Shown here: positions 14,131 through 27,062 of the stretch, one piece after another
How the letters are laid out: every line of letters begins with the position of its first letter
How positions within the stretch are numbered: position 1 is the first letter of the stretch
Assembly: GCA_951406725.2 (NCBI GenBank)
Contig: OX597814.1
Coordinates: 7,192,001-7,256,000 of the forward strand
DNA length: 64,000 nucleotides
Direction: 5' to 3'
DNA from: Octopus vulgaris
Taxonomy: Eukaryota
The notes under the pieces: model-generated
What the model was told of the DNA's origin: nothing
Seen by the model: only the letters and a program-made list of their open reading frames with translations
The model's database searches: none
Program-made: the position numbers and the translations under genes

Positions 14131-14495
14131 TCGTTCGTTCGTGACCATTGCCAGCGCCGCCCCGACTGGCCTCGTGCCGGTGGCACTTAAAAAGCACCAT
14201 CCGTTCGTGTCCATTGCCAGCCTCACCTGGCCCCCGTGCCGGTGGCACATAAAAAGCACCATCCGTTCGTGGCCGTTTGCCAGCTCTGTCTGGCACCTGT
14301 GCAGGTGGCACGTAAAAAGCACCCACTACACTCACGGAGTGGTTGGCGTTAGGAAGGGCATCCAGCCGTAGAAACACTGCCAGACTTGACTAGGCGTGAT
14401 GAAGCCTTCCAGCTTCACAGACCCCAGTTGAACCGTCCAACCCATGCTCGCATGGAAAACGGACGCTAAATGATGATGATGATGATGATGATGAT
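14131..14495 (+). mobile_element. RTE family A 3'-end fragment
   Basis: Three GTGGCAC(G/A/T)TAAAAAGCACC modules, GTTAGGAAGGGCATCCAGC, (GAT)n tail. Confidence 0.9.
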
Positions 14496-16356
14496 CAATC
14501 ATTTGATGAAATTAGCATCAAAGCTGGGAACAGGTATTTCAAGAGCAAAGTCAGGATCTGGTTGATATTTTCTTTTCAATTCTCCTAATTACAACTTGTT
14601 TTACATATATTATGGTAAGTTATTGTCTTTTTACTTGTTTAGTCAGGGATGGAAAGGTATCCCTTATTTTTCAGGGCCTCAAAGATTGGTTGGAGAAAGG
14701 AAGAAAGAAATGGTCTTCAAAGCAAAGTCGTCGCCTGAATTCTCAACTCTATTGAAGGTATCCAAGTAATTTAATAACCATCCAGGTCTGTGAGCAAATG
14801 ATTTCAGTGTGCTACTGAATTCATATTCCCTAATCTGCAGACTTGTGTAGTGGTCTGTAGCTCTGTTGCTAATACACATTCCATCTTCTGGCCCACAGAC
14901 CTGCTGTGTCCTTTCATTGCCTTTACTTCTACAACTACGTCACTGGTTCTTCCTCTTTGGATCGAAGTCTGGTTGGTCTGCTGCTATTTCTACCGAAGCC
15001 TATCCTACTAGTCTCTTTTTTTCTCACACATCTTGTCTTCATTTCATCTGCCCAGAACCTGAATAAACCATTTCCCTCAGCTGCCAATCTCCTTTGTCCT
15101 GGGTCTGTAAAAGCCATGACCATATCCCATCCCCACCTTTACATGAAGTTTTCTTTAACAGGTTTTGAACACAGAACTACAAATCTTATTATTTTAAATG
15201 AATCCTGATTCCTAAACTTCTGGGTGTCTCTGACAGGGTATGAAATCACAATCCATGAATGGAAACGATAAAGTTTTGTGGAATATTTTCAGGTATTGAG
15301 TTGCAAAACTGTCAAAGTAACACAGAACTTCAAATCAAAGAAGTTCAAAGGTGTGATGTTATTGCTTTTCCTAAAGAAATTAATAAAGATCCTAATGAAA
15401 TTACATTTTCAATCAAGACTGTAAACATAAGGGGCTTAAATTCACTGACAATACATCTAATCTCCTTCAAATATTAATTAAATGAGGAATAATAGCTAAT
15501 TACAATAGATATCTGATTGAGGATTATCATTAATAATAATAAAAAGGTATAAAATAATGCCTTAATTTATTTCCAGTTATCTGTTTTAGGAATATAGTCT
15601 AATTTAAAAGTTAAGGAGTTTCAAAATGGTTTTGTATTATACATTTTGATAGTTTTGCATGTTTATATAATAAAGTTTCATAATTTGGGCTAAAAATAGC
15701 TGGTGTTTGCATGAGTGGCACATGATTCTTCTGATCCGTCAAGGTTAAATGAAAATTCTGATCAATCTTGGTAAGAAAATATATTTGTGATGACAGCAGC
15801 TGAAAATGTAAACAAGTCTTTATGAGAAGAAAGAATAAATCTGTGTAATGAGATATTTTGGTAGAATGCAGATGTGATTGGATTTTGTTTTAACATTTTA
15901 TTGCTTTTTTTTGCTGTTTTTAGTAAGATATTGATAGCATTTATTATGAATTGTTGTAATTGGCTGAGAGCCAAAGTACATGAAGAGGGAAAAGGCTGAA
16001 CAATCTAAGCAAACATTCTACTTATTAATGTAAGTTCTGGGGTTTTGACTCTCTTAAACTTCATATAAAATTTTATGATACAACAAAGGTAGCAAGTTAT
16101 CAGATTGAATCTTATGTGTGACTACATTTCATGCTCAAATACTACCAACACCAACTTTGCTTTTCATTTCTATACACTCAATCACGATCATTCCCTCAAA
16201 GAAATAATCATATAGTTATGACATTTGGTTCACAGCACAGCACCCTGGACCAGAGTCTTTTATAATAGCTTTGAGTCAACCAAACCCATTTTGGGTAACA
16301 GTTGGTAAATGGAAATTTTGTGTAAGTCATTCAGATGTGTATGTGCGTGTAGATAT

Positions 16357-16830
16357 GTAATGGTATCAAAAGGTTCCTGGACTGGTTATGTTTAATAAAT
16401 AATGACATATTTACCTCAGTTTTTATCACCCTCTCCTTTGAAATAGTTACCTTGCACAGCAATACACTCGTTCCAGAGTTCCTGCCACATTTAGAATCCA
16501 GCCTGGAAGTTGTTTTCTGTAAGCAAGTCAAAGACTTGCTCTGGTTCACTCTGGATCTCCACAATTGTATTAAAATGGCCATATTTGAGCCGCATTTTCA
16601 ACTTGTGGAAGAGATGGAAGTCCACAGGTGCTAAATTTGGTGAATAGAGTGAGTGTGGAAGCAGTGCCATGTTGCTTTTGGTGAGAAACTCATGAATGAG
16701 GAGAGCTTGGTGAAGAATCCAATTCTCTGCACTCCACAGATTCAATCACTTTCGTTGAATGACCTCCTGCAAATGCTTCACAGTAGAACTCTCACTTGAT
16801 GCTCTGGTCCTGGGGGACGAATTTAATGTA
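16357..16830 (-). mobile_element. Degenerate mariner transposase 3' fragment
   Basis: HSLYSPNLAPVDFHLFHKLK (YSPDLAPxD motif)...WNECIAVQGNYF on the minus strand. Confidence 0.8.
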
Positions 16831-17044
16831 TAATGTAAATTGTATGTAACTTAAATTTAATGTGTAATTTTAATGTGAAATACTCATTTCATAAATAACA
16901 TAAATTTTATGTGTAACACAAGTTTAATAACACAAATTTCAGATAAAATAGAAATCTAATATTTAGAACAAATTTCACTTGTAACAATTATATTTTGTAA
17001 CAAATTTAATGAGTAGCACAAATTTCAAAGATGGCAGATTTGTG

Positions 17045-17246
17045 AAATAGTGCTTGTGCCATGTAAAAAACACCCAGTACACTCTGTAAAGTGGTTGGCA
17101 TCAGAAAGGCCATCCAGCTGTAAAAACCATGCCAAAACAGACCAATAGGGTCTGGTGCAGTCCTCTAGTCTTGCCAGCTCCCAAGAAACCATCCAACACA
17201 TGCCAGCTTGGAAGACAGACGTTAAATGACGATAATGATGATGATG
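17045..17246 (+). mobile_element. RTE family A 3'-end fragment, diverged
   Basis: GTGGTTGGCATCAGAAAGGCCATCCAGCTG...GACGTTAAATGACGATAATGATG. Confidence 0.8.
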
Positions 17247-17812
17247 TAGTTTAAACTGCGACATCCTTTTAATATGCAAATAAATTTAATATAAACTTTG
17301 GGACATAACTTAAAATATAAAGTGTAATGAAAATTTTATGTGTCCAACCAATGAACTATATTAGTTTTTGGGGCAAATGTAACAGAAAGTAACTGGGTTA
17401 CATACAATTGTTTTGTCCCTACTGTTACCTGAGGGCAGAATACAAATGACTGAATATTGTTTAGTGTAACCTCAGGAGGAAAACGGTTACAGCAATAAGA
17501 GCTGATAATGTCTATAAACGAGGCTTACTTGTTATAACATGTGTTGCCAGAGAGAGAGATAGAGAGACAAAGAAAGGAGAGAAGATGGCAAGGATAAATT
17601 GAAACGAAGAAATGAGGAATGGATCTTAAATCGTAAGGTCTGGCAAATGAGATGATGCGAGATAAATTATATGGTGCGGGGTGGGATAACAGAATGGGGG
17701 CTGCAGTCATTATTCTCAGTTCATGGTGAAAGGTAAAACAGATGTTATGATTAATGACAACGGCTGGGGAGGGGTGCGCTGGTGGTGGTGCTTGTGTCAG
17801 CAATGATAATGA

Positions 17813-17844
<32 letters not shown>

Positions 17845-18325
17845 CCAGTATCAGCTGCTGCTGCTGCTGCTGCTGCTGCTGTATGTCACAGGCTGCCGCC
17901 CCATAATGTTTCTGTCGATACATGAGCAATTACTAGCAAAGCAAACTGCATTTACGCTAGCAATGAATGATAAAGTGGCTCATTATCATTCACCTCATCA
18001 TATTATGGTGGGACAGGAAGCTTTGAAGCAGCTGTCCCCTTAACTCAATAGGAAATCAATGAAAGAACACAATCGACTATATGTTCAATAAGAATTTATC
18101 TTGAATGCCTGTTGACCTTTGAACCACTTTATCTGTTGGTGGCCTGAATATTTAGCTTGTTCCACTCAAATCTTTTATTTCTGACTAAAATAAAAAAAAA
18201 AAAAGAAGTCAAATTCAATACAGGAAACTTGTCAGACATCTCACATTCCATTCTTTTGCAATGGAACCATGTTTCCCAAATACAGGAATCACAGACACAG
18301 TTGCTTGTTTTTGATATCTGGAATA

Positions 18326-18370
<45 letters not shown>

Positions 18371-18414
18371 GCTACTACTACTACTACTACTACTACTACT
18401 GCTACTACTACTAC
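18326..18414. repeat. (TAC)n microsatellite
   Basis: Direct reading. Confidence 0.95.
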
Positions 18415-18669
18415 AAAAGTATAAATATGACTGCAAACATCAATTGCACCTGTTGCTCCTCATTACAGGTACGTGTGACATGGTCTTTTCAGGTGTGCAC
18501 AGGTGTCTGTATGTTATAATTAATACGATGTGTTGTTTCTTGTGGTGCATGCATAGTATACGTGCTGTATAGATTGCATTACAGAATTAAGCGTACAGTA
18601 TGTGTTGCTGTGTGGGGTGTGTTTAGTATGAGGAGTAATGATTGCATAGGATGTGTGGTGAATGGGTTG

Positions 18670-18715
<46 letters not shown>

Positions 18716-18765
18716 ATATTTCGGAATGGTCATATTGCCAGTTTAGCCAATAACACTATTTAAAC

Positions 18766-18807
<42 letters not shown>

Positions 18808-18842
18808 CAAAGTTGAGTTGTGGGGTATCGCACAAGTGGAAT

Positions 18843-18937
18843 TATATACGAAAGAAGGTTTGAGAATGCAATTTAAAAGATGTTTATTTACTTTAAACAT
18901 CTTTTAAATTGCATTTTCAAACCTTCTTTCATATATA
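18843..18937. repeat. Near-perfect inverted repeat, 44-bp arms, 7-nt loop, in (TA)n context
   Basis: GAAAGAAGGTTTGAGAATGCAATTTAAAAGATGTTTA versus TAAACATCTTTTAAATTGCATTTTCAAACCTTCTTTC. Confidence 0.9.
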
Positions 18938-18989
18938 TATATATATATATGTTACAATTTAATGATTGGTGATGCGGTGCATTATTGAC

Positions 18990-19276
18990 GAACTCTCAAA
19001 GACAATGAATGAGCATTCAGCTTTTGCCAAACACCTGCACAAATGATTTGTTTGTAGTGATTAAATGTTTGTGCTTAACATTAGCTCACTCTCTCCATCG
19101 AATCGATGTTCTCTGAACAGGTGTACGGTATACCACGCATCAAGTGTCAAGGTGATCACAAAGCTACATGAAACGAAGTGTTTTGCTCAAGAACACAGCA
19201 CACCACCTAGTCTAGGAATTGAAACTGTGATCTCACAATTACAAGTGTGACACCCTAACCACTAGGCTATGCACCC
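18990..19276 (-). mobile_element. tRNA-derived SINE (family S2)
   Basis: Minus strand GCATAGCCTAGTGGTTAGGGTG...GTTTCAATTCC...TTCTTGAGCAAAACACTT; similar copies at 51.8-52.0 and 59.9-60.1 kb. Confidence 0.65.
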
Positions 19277-19764
19277 TTATTAATATTACTAATATCTTTA
19301 TTATTCATGTTTTGTTAACTATATCAAGAACTTCCCTTTCCAAAGAAGGAAATATGTAAATCTTGAAAAGCATTCATAAAATGATTAGCATTAGCAAGAA
19401 TGTAATGTATTAAAAAAGCATTAACTTTATCACAAAATCCTTAATCGAAATCCTTTACATAATATAACAAGTGTGAATGTTATGCTTTACACAACCTTAA
19501 CTATAGAGTGAAACAGAAGGCATACTTAACACAATGAAACAATGTTTTGAAGATTTATAAATTTAAGCATCTTTTAAATTATAAAATGTGATATTTGCAC
19601 AAATCGCACAAGTTGTTGCTGCTATCAACCTCAACAGAGATATAGTAGCCATTAGCAAGACCAGATTTTCTAAAATGCACGCACTTGTACTCATTTTCAA
19701 CTATTACAAGACATACCTGCCTTCTGGTCTGTCAGGATTGGGTGGGGGAGTAGCAATGCTGGAT

Positions 19765-19976
19765 ATTGTAGTTGTGATACCTGTGCCGGTGGCACATAAA
19801 AAGCACCCACTACACTCACGGAGTGGTTGGCATTAGGAAGGGCATCCAGCTGTAGAAACACTGCCAGATCAGACTGGAGCCTGGTGCAGCCTCCTGGCTC
19901 CCCAGACCCGGGTCGAACCGTCCAACCCATGCAAGCACAGAAAACGGACGTTAAACGATGATGATGATGATGATGA
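19765..19976 (+). mobile_element. RTE family A 3'-end fragment
   Basis: One UTR module, conserved 3' end and (GAT)n tail. Confidence 0.9.
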
Positions 19977-20379
19977 ATTCAGTTTAATTAAAGGTATAAA
20001 CAGTCTAATTGAATCCAAAACATCAAGTTGATGATAGCGAATATGAAGAACAGCCAGTTCCCTTAGACTAGGGGTCTCTGCTTCTACAGGGATTTCTTTA
20101 GTCGATGAGCAACTTTCCTGAGGATATCCCACTCCTTAGTATGAGGTGTGAGGAAGGAAAATTATATTTTAGATGCATGATGGAATTTTCTGGGGGGGTT
20201 AATCCAGAAGTAGATGCAAAAGCTTTGAAACCTGCTCAGACATTTCAAACTAACTGAATTCCTAACTGTACCATTGTGCACATGGAACAACCACACTGAG
20301 TCATCCAGATCATACTAAGGTAAGATATTCAATAGATTAACAGAGTGTTGGGTAACCCCAATTTAAACTGGTTGGCTCT

Positions 20380-21450
20380 ACAGAGCACAAATTTGTGATC
20401 TGTGTGGTCTAACTTAGAACTTAGAGACCCAGTTAAAAGAAATTGAACATGCCTTTACTAGTGTGCAAAGACTATAAAGATCAGTTAAGCAAGCTACTCA
20501 AGTGGAAAGAGACTGCAGCTATTATCAGTGGTGGGTCACCTGTAATTTGATATGAGTCAATAGGGTTTAGTAAAGAGCAGGTGAGAGAAAGGATTAGAGT
20601 AGAGGGAGAGCTAATTATCATGGTAGAAGAGGCTTGCTTTGACACTCTGTGCAAGACATGAGATATAACAGAAGGCTGATGCCAACAATTAAATACAAGA
20701 AATGGTGCATAGGTACATGAGGCACAAATTACCTGGTTTGGATGGTTTGCCCTGCAAGCTTTCTGACAGGCTCGTTTAACAACTTCTTAGCAGGTATCTA
20801 CTACCAGGAGGCGAGCTGGCAGAAACGTTAGCACGCCGGGCGAAATGCGTAGCCGTATTTCGTCTGTCGTTACGCTGTGAGTTCAAATTCCGCCGAGGTC
20901 GACTTTGCCTTACATCCTTTCGGGGTCGATAAATTAAGTACCAGTTATGCACTGGGGTCGATGGAATCGACTTAATACCTATGTTTGTCCTTGTTTGTCC
21001 CATCTATGTTTAGCCCCTTGTGGGTAATAAAGAAATAGGTATCTACCCTGTCTGGCAGTAGAACAGTTAAGCAATTGTGTGATTATGTCGATGCCCTCTC
21101 ACTGAGGGTGGTCATTGATGAGACAGAGAAATTTAAGCAGACCAAAGCACGACATCATTACTTTTGCAGTTGGTGCTCTGTATTGCAGCCAAATATGCTG
21201 TCTTACACGAAGGACTTTATCGATGTGGCTGCTGCTATTACTGTGAAAGTGTGGCAGGGGGCTTTGTTCTGTTTGTCTGGACTGAATGGGTGAGATAATA
21301 CTGTTGAGGTTTTATTGTAGCACTGTCCTGGTGTTCTGGGAAATTGTAGACGTGTCTAGACTAAGTAGGACGAAAAGTGTTGCAGCCGGGCCCTGGGGAT
21401 GTTGTAGATGTGTCTCGGTGTTTGGGAAGAGGGCATAATTAGTGGGGAAA
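20380..21450 (+). mobile_element. Highly decayed L1/Tx1-like LINE ORF2 remnant, interrupted by a SINE
   Basis: PGLDGLP motif at ~20732-20752 and protein-like flanks; weak. Confidence 0.35.
20802..21036 (+). mobile_element. Young tRNA-derived SINE (family S3) with 10-bp TSD
   Basis: GGCGAGCTGGCAGAAACGTTAGCAC A-box-like, GAGTTCAAATTCC B box, intact CpGs; AGGTATCTAC at 20792-20801 and 21037-21046. Confidence 0.85.
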
Positions 21451-21769
21451 GTTGTTAAGGCTGGGGCTAACTACAGCCAACAAATTTTCCAAAGTCCTAC
21501 TGGTCTTTCAATTTTTAACTTTTCTCTTTCGTTGTGGAAGTGGTGCATGTATGTATGTTAAGCCTGACATGTTACATAGTACACCATTTCATGTTGTTTC
21601 TCATGGAAAGTTTGATGATCCAGGTAGATCCGGTAGAGTCCATGATGGATCTAATGTCTTGTTTGTAAAGTTTAGTGTTGTTGTCACTGATTATTTCTGT
21701 CAATCAAATCTGATACCTTTAAGTATGTTTGCTCATCATTTTGTTATTTTTGTTTTCTATGTATGATGT

Positions 21770-22016
21770 ATAGGTGGGCTGGACACGTCGCCTGGCTCAC
21801 CGATAATCGGTGGACGCACGCAGTTATCGAGTGGTACCCGCGTGCGGAAAAGACCACCCGGAAGACCTCCACGACGGTGGAGTGACAATTTCAAGAGGAC
21901 GATTGGGATCACGTGGATGAGAAAGGCGCGATCCAGAGAGGAGTGGACAGCGTGCTGTGACCAGCAGTGTCAAATGGACGCCTGACGGACTGGTCGGTCA
22001 AAGTGATCAAAGTGAT
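21770..22016 (+). mobile_element. Young 5'-truncated RTE-1-type LINE (family B) with (CAAAGTGAT)2 tail and TSD
   Basis: RWAGHVAWLTDNRWTHAVIEWYP...KRPPGRPPRRWSD...WMRKARSREEW; ATGTATGATGT at 21759-21769 and 22015-22025. Confidence 0.88.
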
Positions 22017-22663
22017 GTATGATGTGTCATCTATAACTTATTCTTATCTTCTGTCCATATGAAATATTTATGTTATAGAATATGGAGGCTGCAACAGCCA
22101 AAGCTTCTACCACAGATCCCTTGTGAACTTTGCAACAGACACTTCCATACAAGAATCAGCCTCATTAGTCACCAAAGGCATAAACATGGACAGAGGGGAA
22201 AAAGTGGTCAAGAAGAAACCAAATAAATTATCAGACACATGATAAAATGCCGATGATAACATTATAGAATATGATGGTCAATTGTCATTTCTTGGTGTTG
22301 CTAGTAAAATGCCAGAGGATTTAAGACAAAAGCTGCTTTAAATCTTTAGTTTGGATCCAGATTTATAAATGGTTGATCTTTGGTAAAAGTTGTTGAGCTG
22401 CAGTGTCTGGAAATGATGAGAAGGTGTGATTGCAGTATTATCTCTGTGTGGCACTATATATGTTTACTGAAAGTGTGGGAAGGACGTATAGAAACAAAAA
22501 TGGAACCTCATTAAGGGTGTTCAAAATTAGGAATCTATTGCTATTGAGTAGGTGACGTGGGATGAGTAATTTGTTAGACGGAATTTGTTGTGTGGTTTCT
22601 TAAAGAATTTTCAAGTATGATTACCGAGTGGATAACAAAGAATGGAATTAAAAAGCTTTGCTG

Positions 22664-23105
22664 ATCATCATCATCATCCTTTAACGTCCATTTTCCATGC
22701 TGGCATGGGTTGGAAGGTTTGACCGGGAAACTGGGAAGCCAGGAGGCTGCACCAGACTCCAATCTGATCTGGTAATGTTTCTACAGCTGGATGCCCTTCC
22801 TAATGCCAACCACTCTGGGAGTGTAGTGGGTGCTTTTACCTGCCACCAGCACGGGAGCCAGAGGGAGTTGGCATCGACCACATTTGGAAGGTGCTTTTAC
22901 ATGTCACTAGCACGGGAGCCAGTCAATGCGACACTGGCATTAGCCACTTTCGGATGGTGCTTTTTATGTGCCACAATCACAGAAGCCAGTTGGAGAGAGG
23001 GGGCTGGCATCGACCATGATTGGATGTTGCTTTTTACGTGCCACCAGCACAGGGAGCCAGACAGATGGCACTGGTATGAGTCACGACTACAATTTTCATT
23101 TGTTG
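22664..23105 (-). mobile_element. RTE family A 3'-end fragment
   Basis: (CAT)n and four UTR modules. Confidence 0.9.
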
Positions 23106-23115
23106 ATGGCAATTA

Positions 23116-24408
23116 TTAGGTCATCCCATAAGTTCTGTTCGAATTTTAAATAAACAAAACAACTGATCAAATTATTATATTCAATTAATATTTAATCATC
23201 AAAATACTTTCCCTGATTATCTATGACTTCCTTCCATCTATTTACAAGCTTTTTAATCCCATCAATGTAAAACTCTTTTGGTTTCAAAGTGAAGAACTCT
23301 GAAATGTCAGTTTCAACTTCCTCCTGGCTTGCGAAACTTATGTCCCCCAAATGATTCTGTAAACTACGAAATAAATGGTAGTCTGAAGGAGAAAGGTCAG
23401 GAGAATAAGGTGGATGAGGAATGTTTTCCCAACCAAGCTCTTCAATCTTCTGGGATGTGATCTTTGCAGTGTGGGGTCACACATTGTCCTGAAGAAACAT
23501 CACTCCTTTTTGATTCACTGAAGCGGGTCTTTTTTTCTTCAAAGCTTGGTTCAAACGCTCTAATTGCTGACAGTAGACTTGAGCATTGATTTTTGCATTA
23601 GGTGGTAACAATTCAAAGTGAATTACTCCTTTGCAATCCCACCAGATAGAGAGAAGAACCTTTTTTCCCATGAAGTTCCCTTCTCAGTTGTGGTTGAGCT
23701 TTTTCCCTTTTACCAAGCCACTGTTTACAACATTTAACATTTCGATAGAAGATCCATTTTTTGTCACCAGTCACAAGTCTATCTAAAAAGGGTGAAATGA
23801 GTTCACGAGAATGGAGAGAAGAGCAGATGTCAACTTGGGATTTGCAGATGCTTTCAGACAATTCATGAAGCACTCGTTTTCCAAGTTTAGGGACCTTTCC
23901 TAGTTGTTGAAGATGATGATGAACAGTTGTATGGTTTGAACTAAGCTTTATTGCCAATTCTTCAACTGATAATGCAGGATTTTCTTCAAGTAATTCGTCA
24001 AGGAGCTTATCATCAAACTCAACTGGATGTCCTGTTCGATCTTCATCTTCAATGCTGAAATCTCCACTTCTGAATTTTGCAAACCATCTTCTACAAGTTC
24101 TTTCATTCAAGCATTCTTTCCCATAAACTGAGTCTATGTTTCGAGTCGCTTCTGCTGCAGAGTTTCCCTTTTTTTGTACTCATAAAGCATTATGTGCCTC
24201 AAATGCTCTTTGGATACTTCCATGTTAGAAAGGGTTTTAATCAAAGAAATTTTAATTCTATTATTCTGTAAAATAATATTTAATTAGTTTAAATGTGCAC
24301 AAATGCATAAAAATAATTTTTAATTCCATTAGACATTCTAAAATACCATTAAAATTCATTCAATTTTTAAAAAAGGTAAAATCGGACAGAACTTATGGGA
24401 TGACCTGA
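23116..24408 (-). mobile_element. Full-length mariner transposon (~1.29 kb) with TIRs and TA TSD
   Basis: TA|TTAGGTCATCCCATAAGTTCTGTTCG ... CGGACAGAACTTATGGGATGACCTGA|TA. Confidence 0.95.
23192..24223 (-). pseudogene. Mariner transposase, frameshifted
   Basis: MEVSKEHLRHIMLYEYKK..., RVLHEL (WVPHEL), LVTGDKKW, FLQDNV, HPPYSPDLSPSDYHLF. Confidence 0.92.
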
Positions 24409-25776
24409 TAAAATGGTGTTTATGTTTTTTGTTTTACTTTTAACAATCCTGAATTTTCTATGCAAGGTTTCTGGGCAGTGCAATGGTTTTTGTTAGGGAA
24501 TGCATGGGTTAAGCATATCAAGGTAGGGCATTCTTAAAATGTGCAGGGCAGTGATAGGTCTTTGAAGCATCTTTATTTAATCTTTTACTGATTTTAAAGT
24601 TGTGATGAAGTTGATCAGTTTCCACATTCTGAGAATTTCGCAGCGTTGGTACAAGTCGTTACAGATGTTGATTAGTGCCATGATGCAGCTAAATGCTTTG
24701 GGTATATTCTCATGATTTTGTTTGACTCAGAAGCTTTTGGTCTTTGAAATTTCCTTATTGCCATTTTTTTATATGTAAGAGGCAAGTTTTGTCTAGCAAA
24801 TGTTTCAAAAAAAGATGGGTGAATGTAGCAAGGATGGCACATATGAATGACGAAGCCACCTTGAGCATAATCCTATGAACCCGGAAAAATTTAAAACAGA
24901 GGGTTACCTATTTGCAAACAAATGTAGTAACATGTAACATTATTGACTGAGGTTACCGTGGTCTTTTCCGTAGGCTTTTCTTTCCACAGATAAACCTTAT
25001 CTGCTTCCTCCTTTACACTTTACATCATGACATTTCTGTAATACACGATCCCTGTTAATCGTTTTTTTTATTTTTATTTTTTTTTATTTTCTCTTTTTTT
25101 TTTCTCTCCCTTTTACGATCCCTTTTGGTCGAAAACCTACCCCACTTTTTTTTTCTCCCCAAAAAAAAAGCTCTACTTTGTAATCTGTCCCGTCTGTGAG
25201 CAGCCCTGTGTGGCTAATAAAGAAACATATATGTAATGAAAGGTGAAAGGGGGGTGATGCTATGGTCTAGGTGGAGGGTTTTACACTCCTGTATTCTCTG
25301 TGTGGCTTTAAGTGGATAAGTTTTGAAAGAAAGATTTTATAATGACAACTTTCTGCTGCTGAAAGTGATGTTGTCAATGTTGATAATTACTGTCTCTCTC
25401 TAATTGTTTTGATGTATTTATTGCTGTGTTAGGCTTTATTGGGTTTTAGTTGTGTCTGAATTTTATTTGGTTTCAATTAGATTTTAGTTGTGTCCGGTTT
25501 TAATTAGGTTAGATATTTAAATTATGTAATTAGGTCTGTATCTTATATGTTGTCTGGAGGATATGGTGTTGAGAAATGGCTTTAATAATTATGCAATGTC
25601 CATGGTGTCGTTGAATTCTGAAATCATAAATTTTCTTTCTTAGAAAAAATGGTTCTACTGAATCTTTCGAAATTTGCAAAAGTGTTTTAAATCTGTTCTT
25701 TGAGGATGGTTGAAGGAAAGTTTGATGATTGTTTAATTGTAATTATGCTGACTAGGAGTGTTGATTAGGTGTTGTT

Positions 25777-26178
25777 CTACTCTATGGCTCAGAAACCTGG
25801 ACGTTATCAAAGAAGCTTGAGAGGCTGTTGGATGGAACTTACACTCACCTCCTTATGAGAGCTCAAAATCTCTCATGGAAACAGCATCCAAACAAAGTAC
25901 AAATATATGGAAAATTACCACCTGTATCATCTCTTGTGAAAGGTAGAAGAGTCCAGTTTGTTGGACATTGTTGTAGAGCTGAAAACGAGGTAATTTCTAT
26001 TCTCCTCTGGAAGCCATCTGCTCACAATACCAGAGGGTGCACACTCTCCCACCCTGATGTAATCTCCAGGGATACAGGCATCCAGCAACAGGACCTCCGT
26101 ATGCTATGATGGACTGTGAAGTCTGGCGTAACATAGTAAATTCCATTGTCTCGACCACGGTCGAACAATGATGATGAT
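25777..26178 (+). mobile_element. RTE-type LINE 3' fragment (family C) with (GAT)n tail
   Basis: LLYGSETWTLSKKLERLLDGTYTHLLMRAQNLSW...RRVQFVGHC; possible TSD TGTTGTT. Confidence 0.85.
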
Positions 26179-26715
26179 GTTGTTTGGGAGTTGTTTTGGA
26201 TGTAAAGGGAGTTCAGTTGTGATGCTTTTGAGCCATCTTTTGTTACCTGGTTTGTTTCATCTGCCAGAATGTTTTGTGTTGTTTAAAGTCTTTACATTTT
26301 GATGTTTTGGAATGTGTTAAACTTCTTTAGTTGTGATGGAACCATTTGTGAAGTTGTTGGTGGCATACATGTGTCTATTGTATTAATGTGCTTCATATTA
26401 ATAGCTTTCCATTTTGAATTCTTGGATCTGCTCTTGACCTATATGACCAAAAGTCACTTTAAGTATTTCTGTTTTGGATACTTGATAGCAATATGTTTCA
26501 AACATCCTCCACAAAAGTTTGGTCTGTCCAAACATGTTGGATTGTATTTTGGATTTGTGGCATTCTGTGTTTGTCTTGTAGGTTCTATCTCAATTAAATA
26601 ACGATGTGAACTTCATATGTGATGATGGAATGGTTTAATTTCATAAAGTTGCTTCCAGGTTGTTAATGTTGTATTGCAGAATGTTTAGGTTTTTCTGTTT
26701 TATTTATTTATAGTG

Positions 26716-27062
26716 AAGGCGCATGGCTCAGTGGTTAGAGCGTCGAGCTTACGATCGTGAGGTTGTGAGCTCGAATCCTGGACCGGGCTGTGTGTTGTGT
26801 TCTTGAGCAAGGCACTTTATTTCATGTTGCTCCAGTTCACTCAGCTGTAGAAATGAGTTGCGACGTCACAGGTGCCAAGCTGTATCGGCCCCTTTGCCTT
26901 TCTTTCCCTTGGATAACTAACACTGGTGGCGTGGAGAGAGGAGGCCGATATGCATGGGCGACTGCTGGTCTTCCATAAACAACCTCGCCCGGACTTGTGT
27001 CTAGGAGGGTAACTTTCTAGGTGCAATCCCATGGTCTGTGTCGTGACCGAAGGGGGTCTCCC
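26716..27062 (+). mobile_element. tRNA-derived SINE (family S4)
   Basis: GGCGCATGGCTCAGTGGTTAGAGC A box, GAGCTCGAATCC B box, TTCTTGAGCAAGGCACTT; second copy at 52505-52806 on the minus strand. Confidence 0.85.

Noticed and set aside
14660-15480. Unique-looking segment with short ORFs as host exons
   Set aside because: No recognisable protein motifs or consistent splice sites; may be decayed TE
17525-17929. 134-aa polyQ/polyS ORF
   Set aside because: Driven by (CTG)n and (GAT)n tracts; no recognisable domain or splice support
26716-26790. tRNA genes at SINE heads (also 20808, 59501, 2237)
   Set aside because: No complete cloverleaf, and each continues into a SINE body
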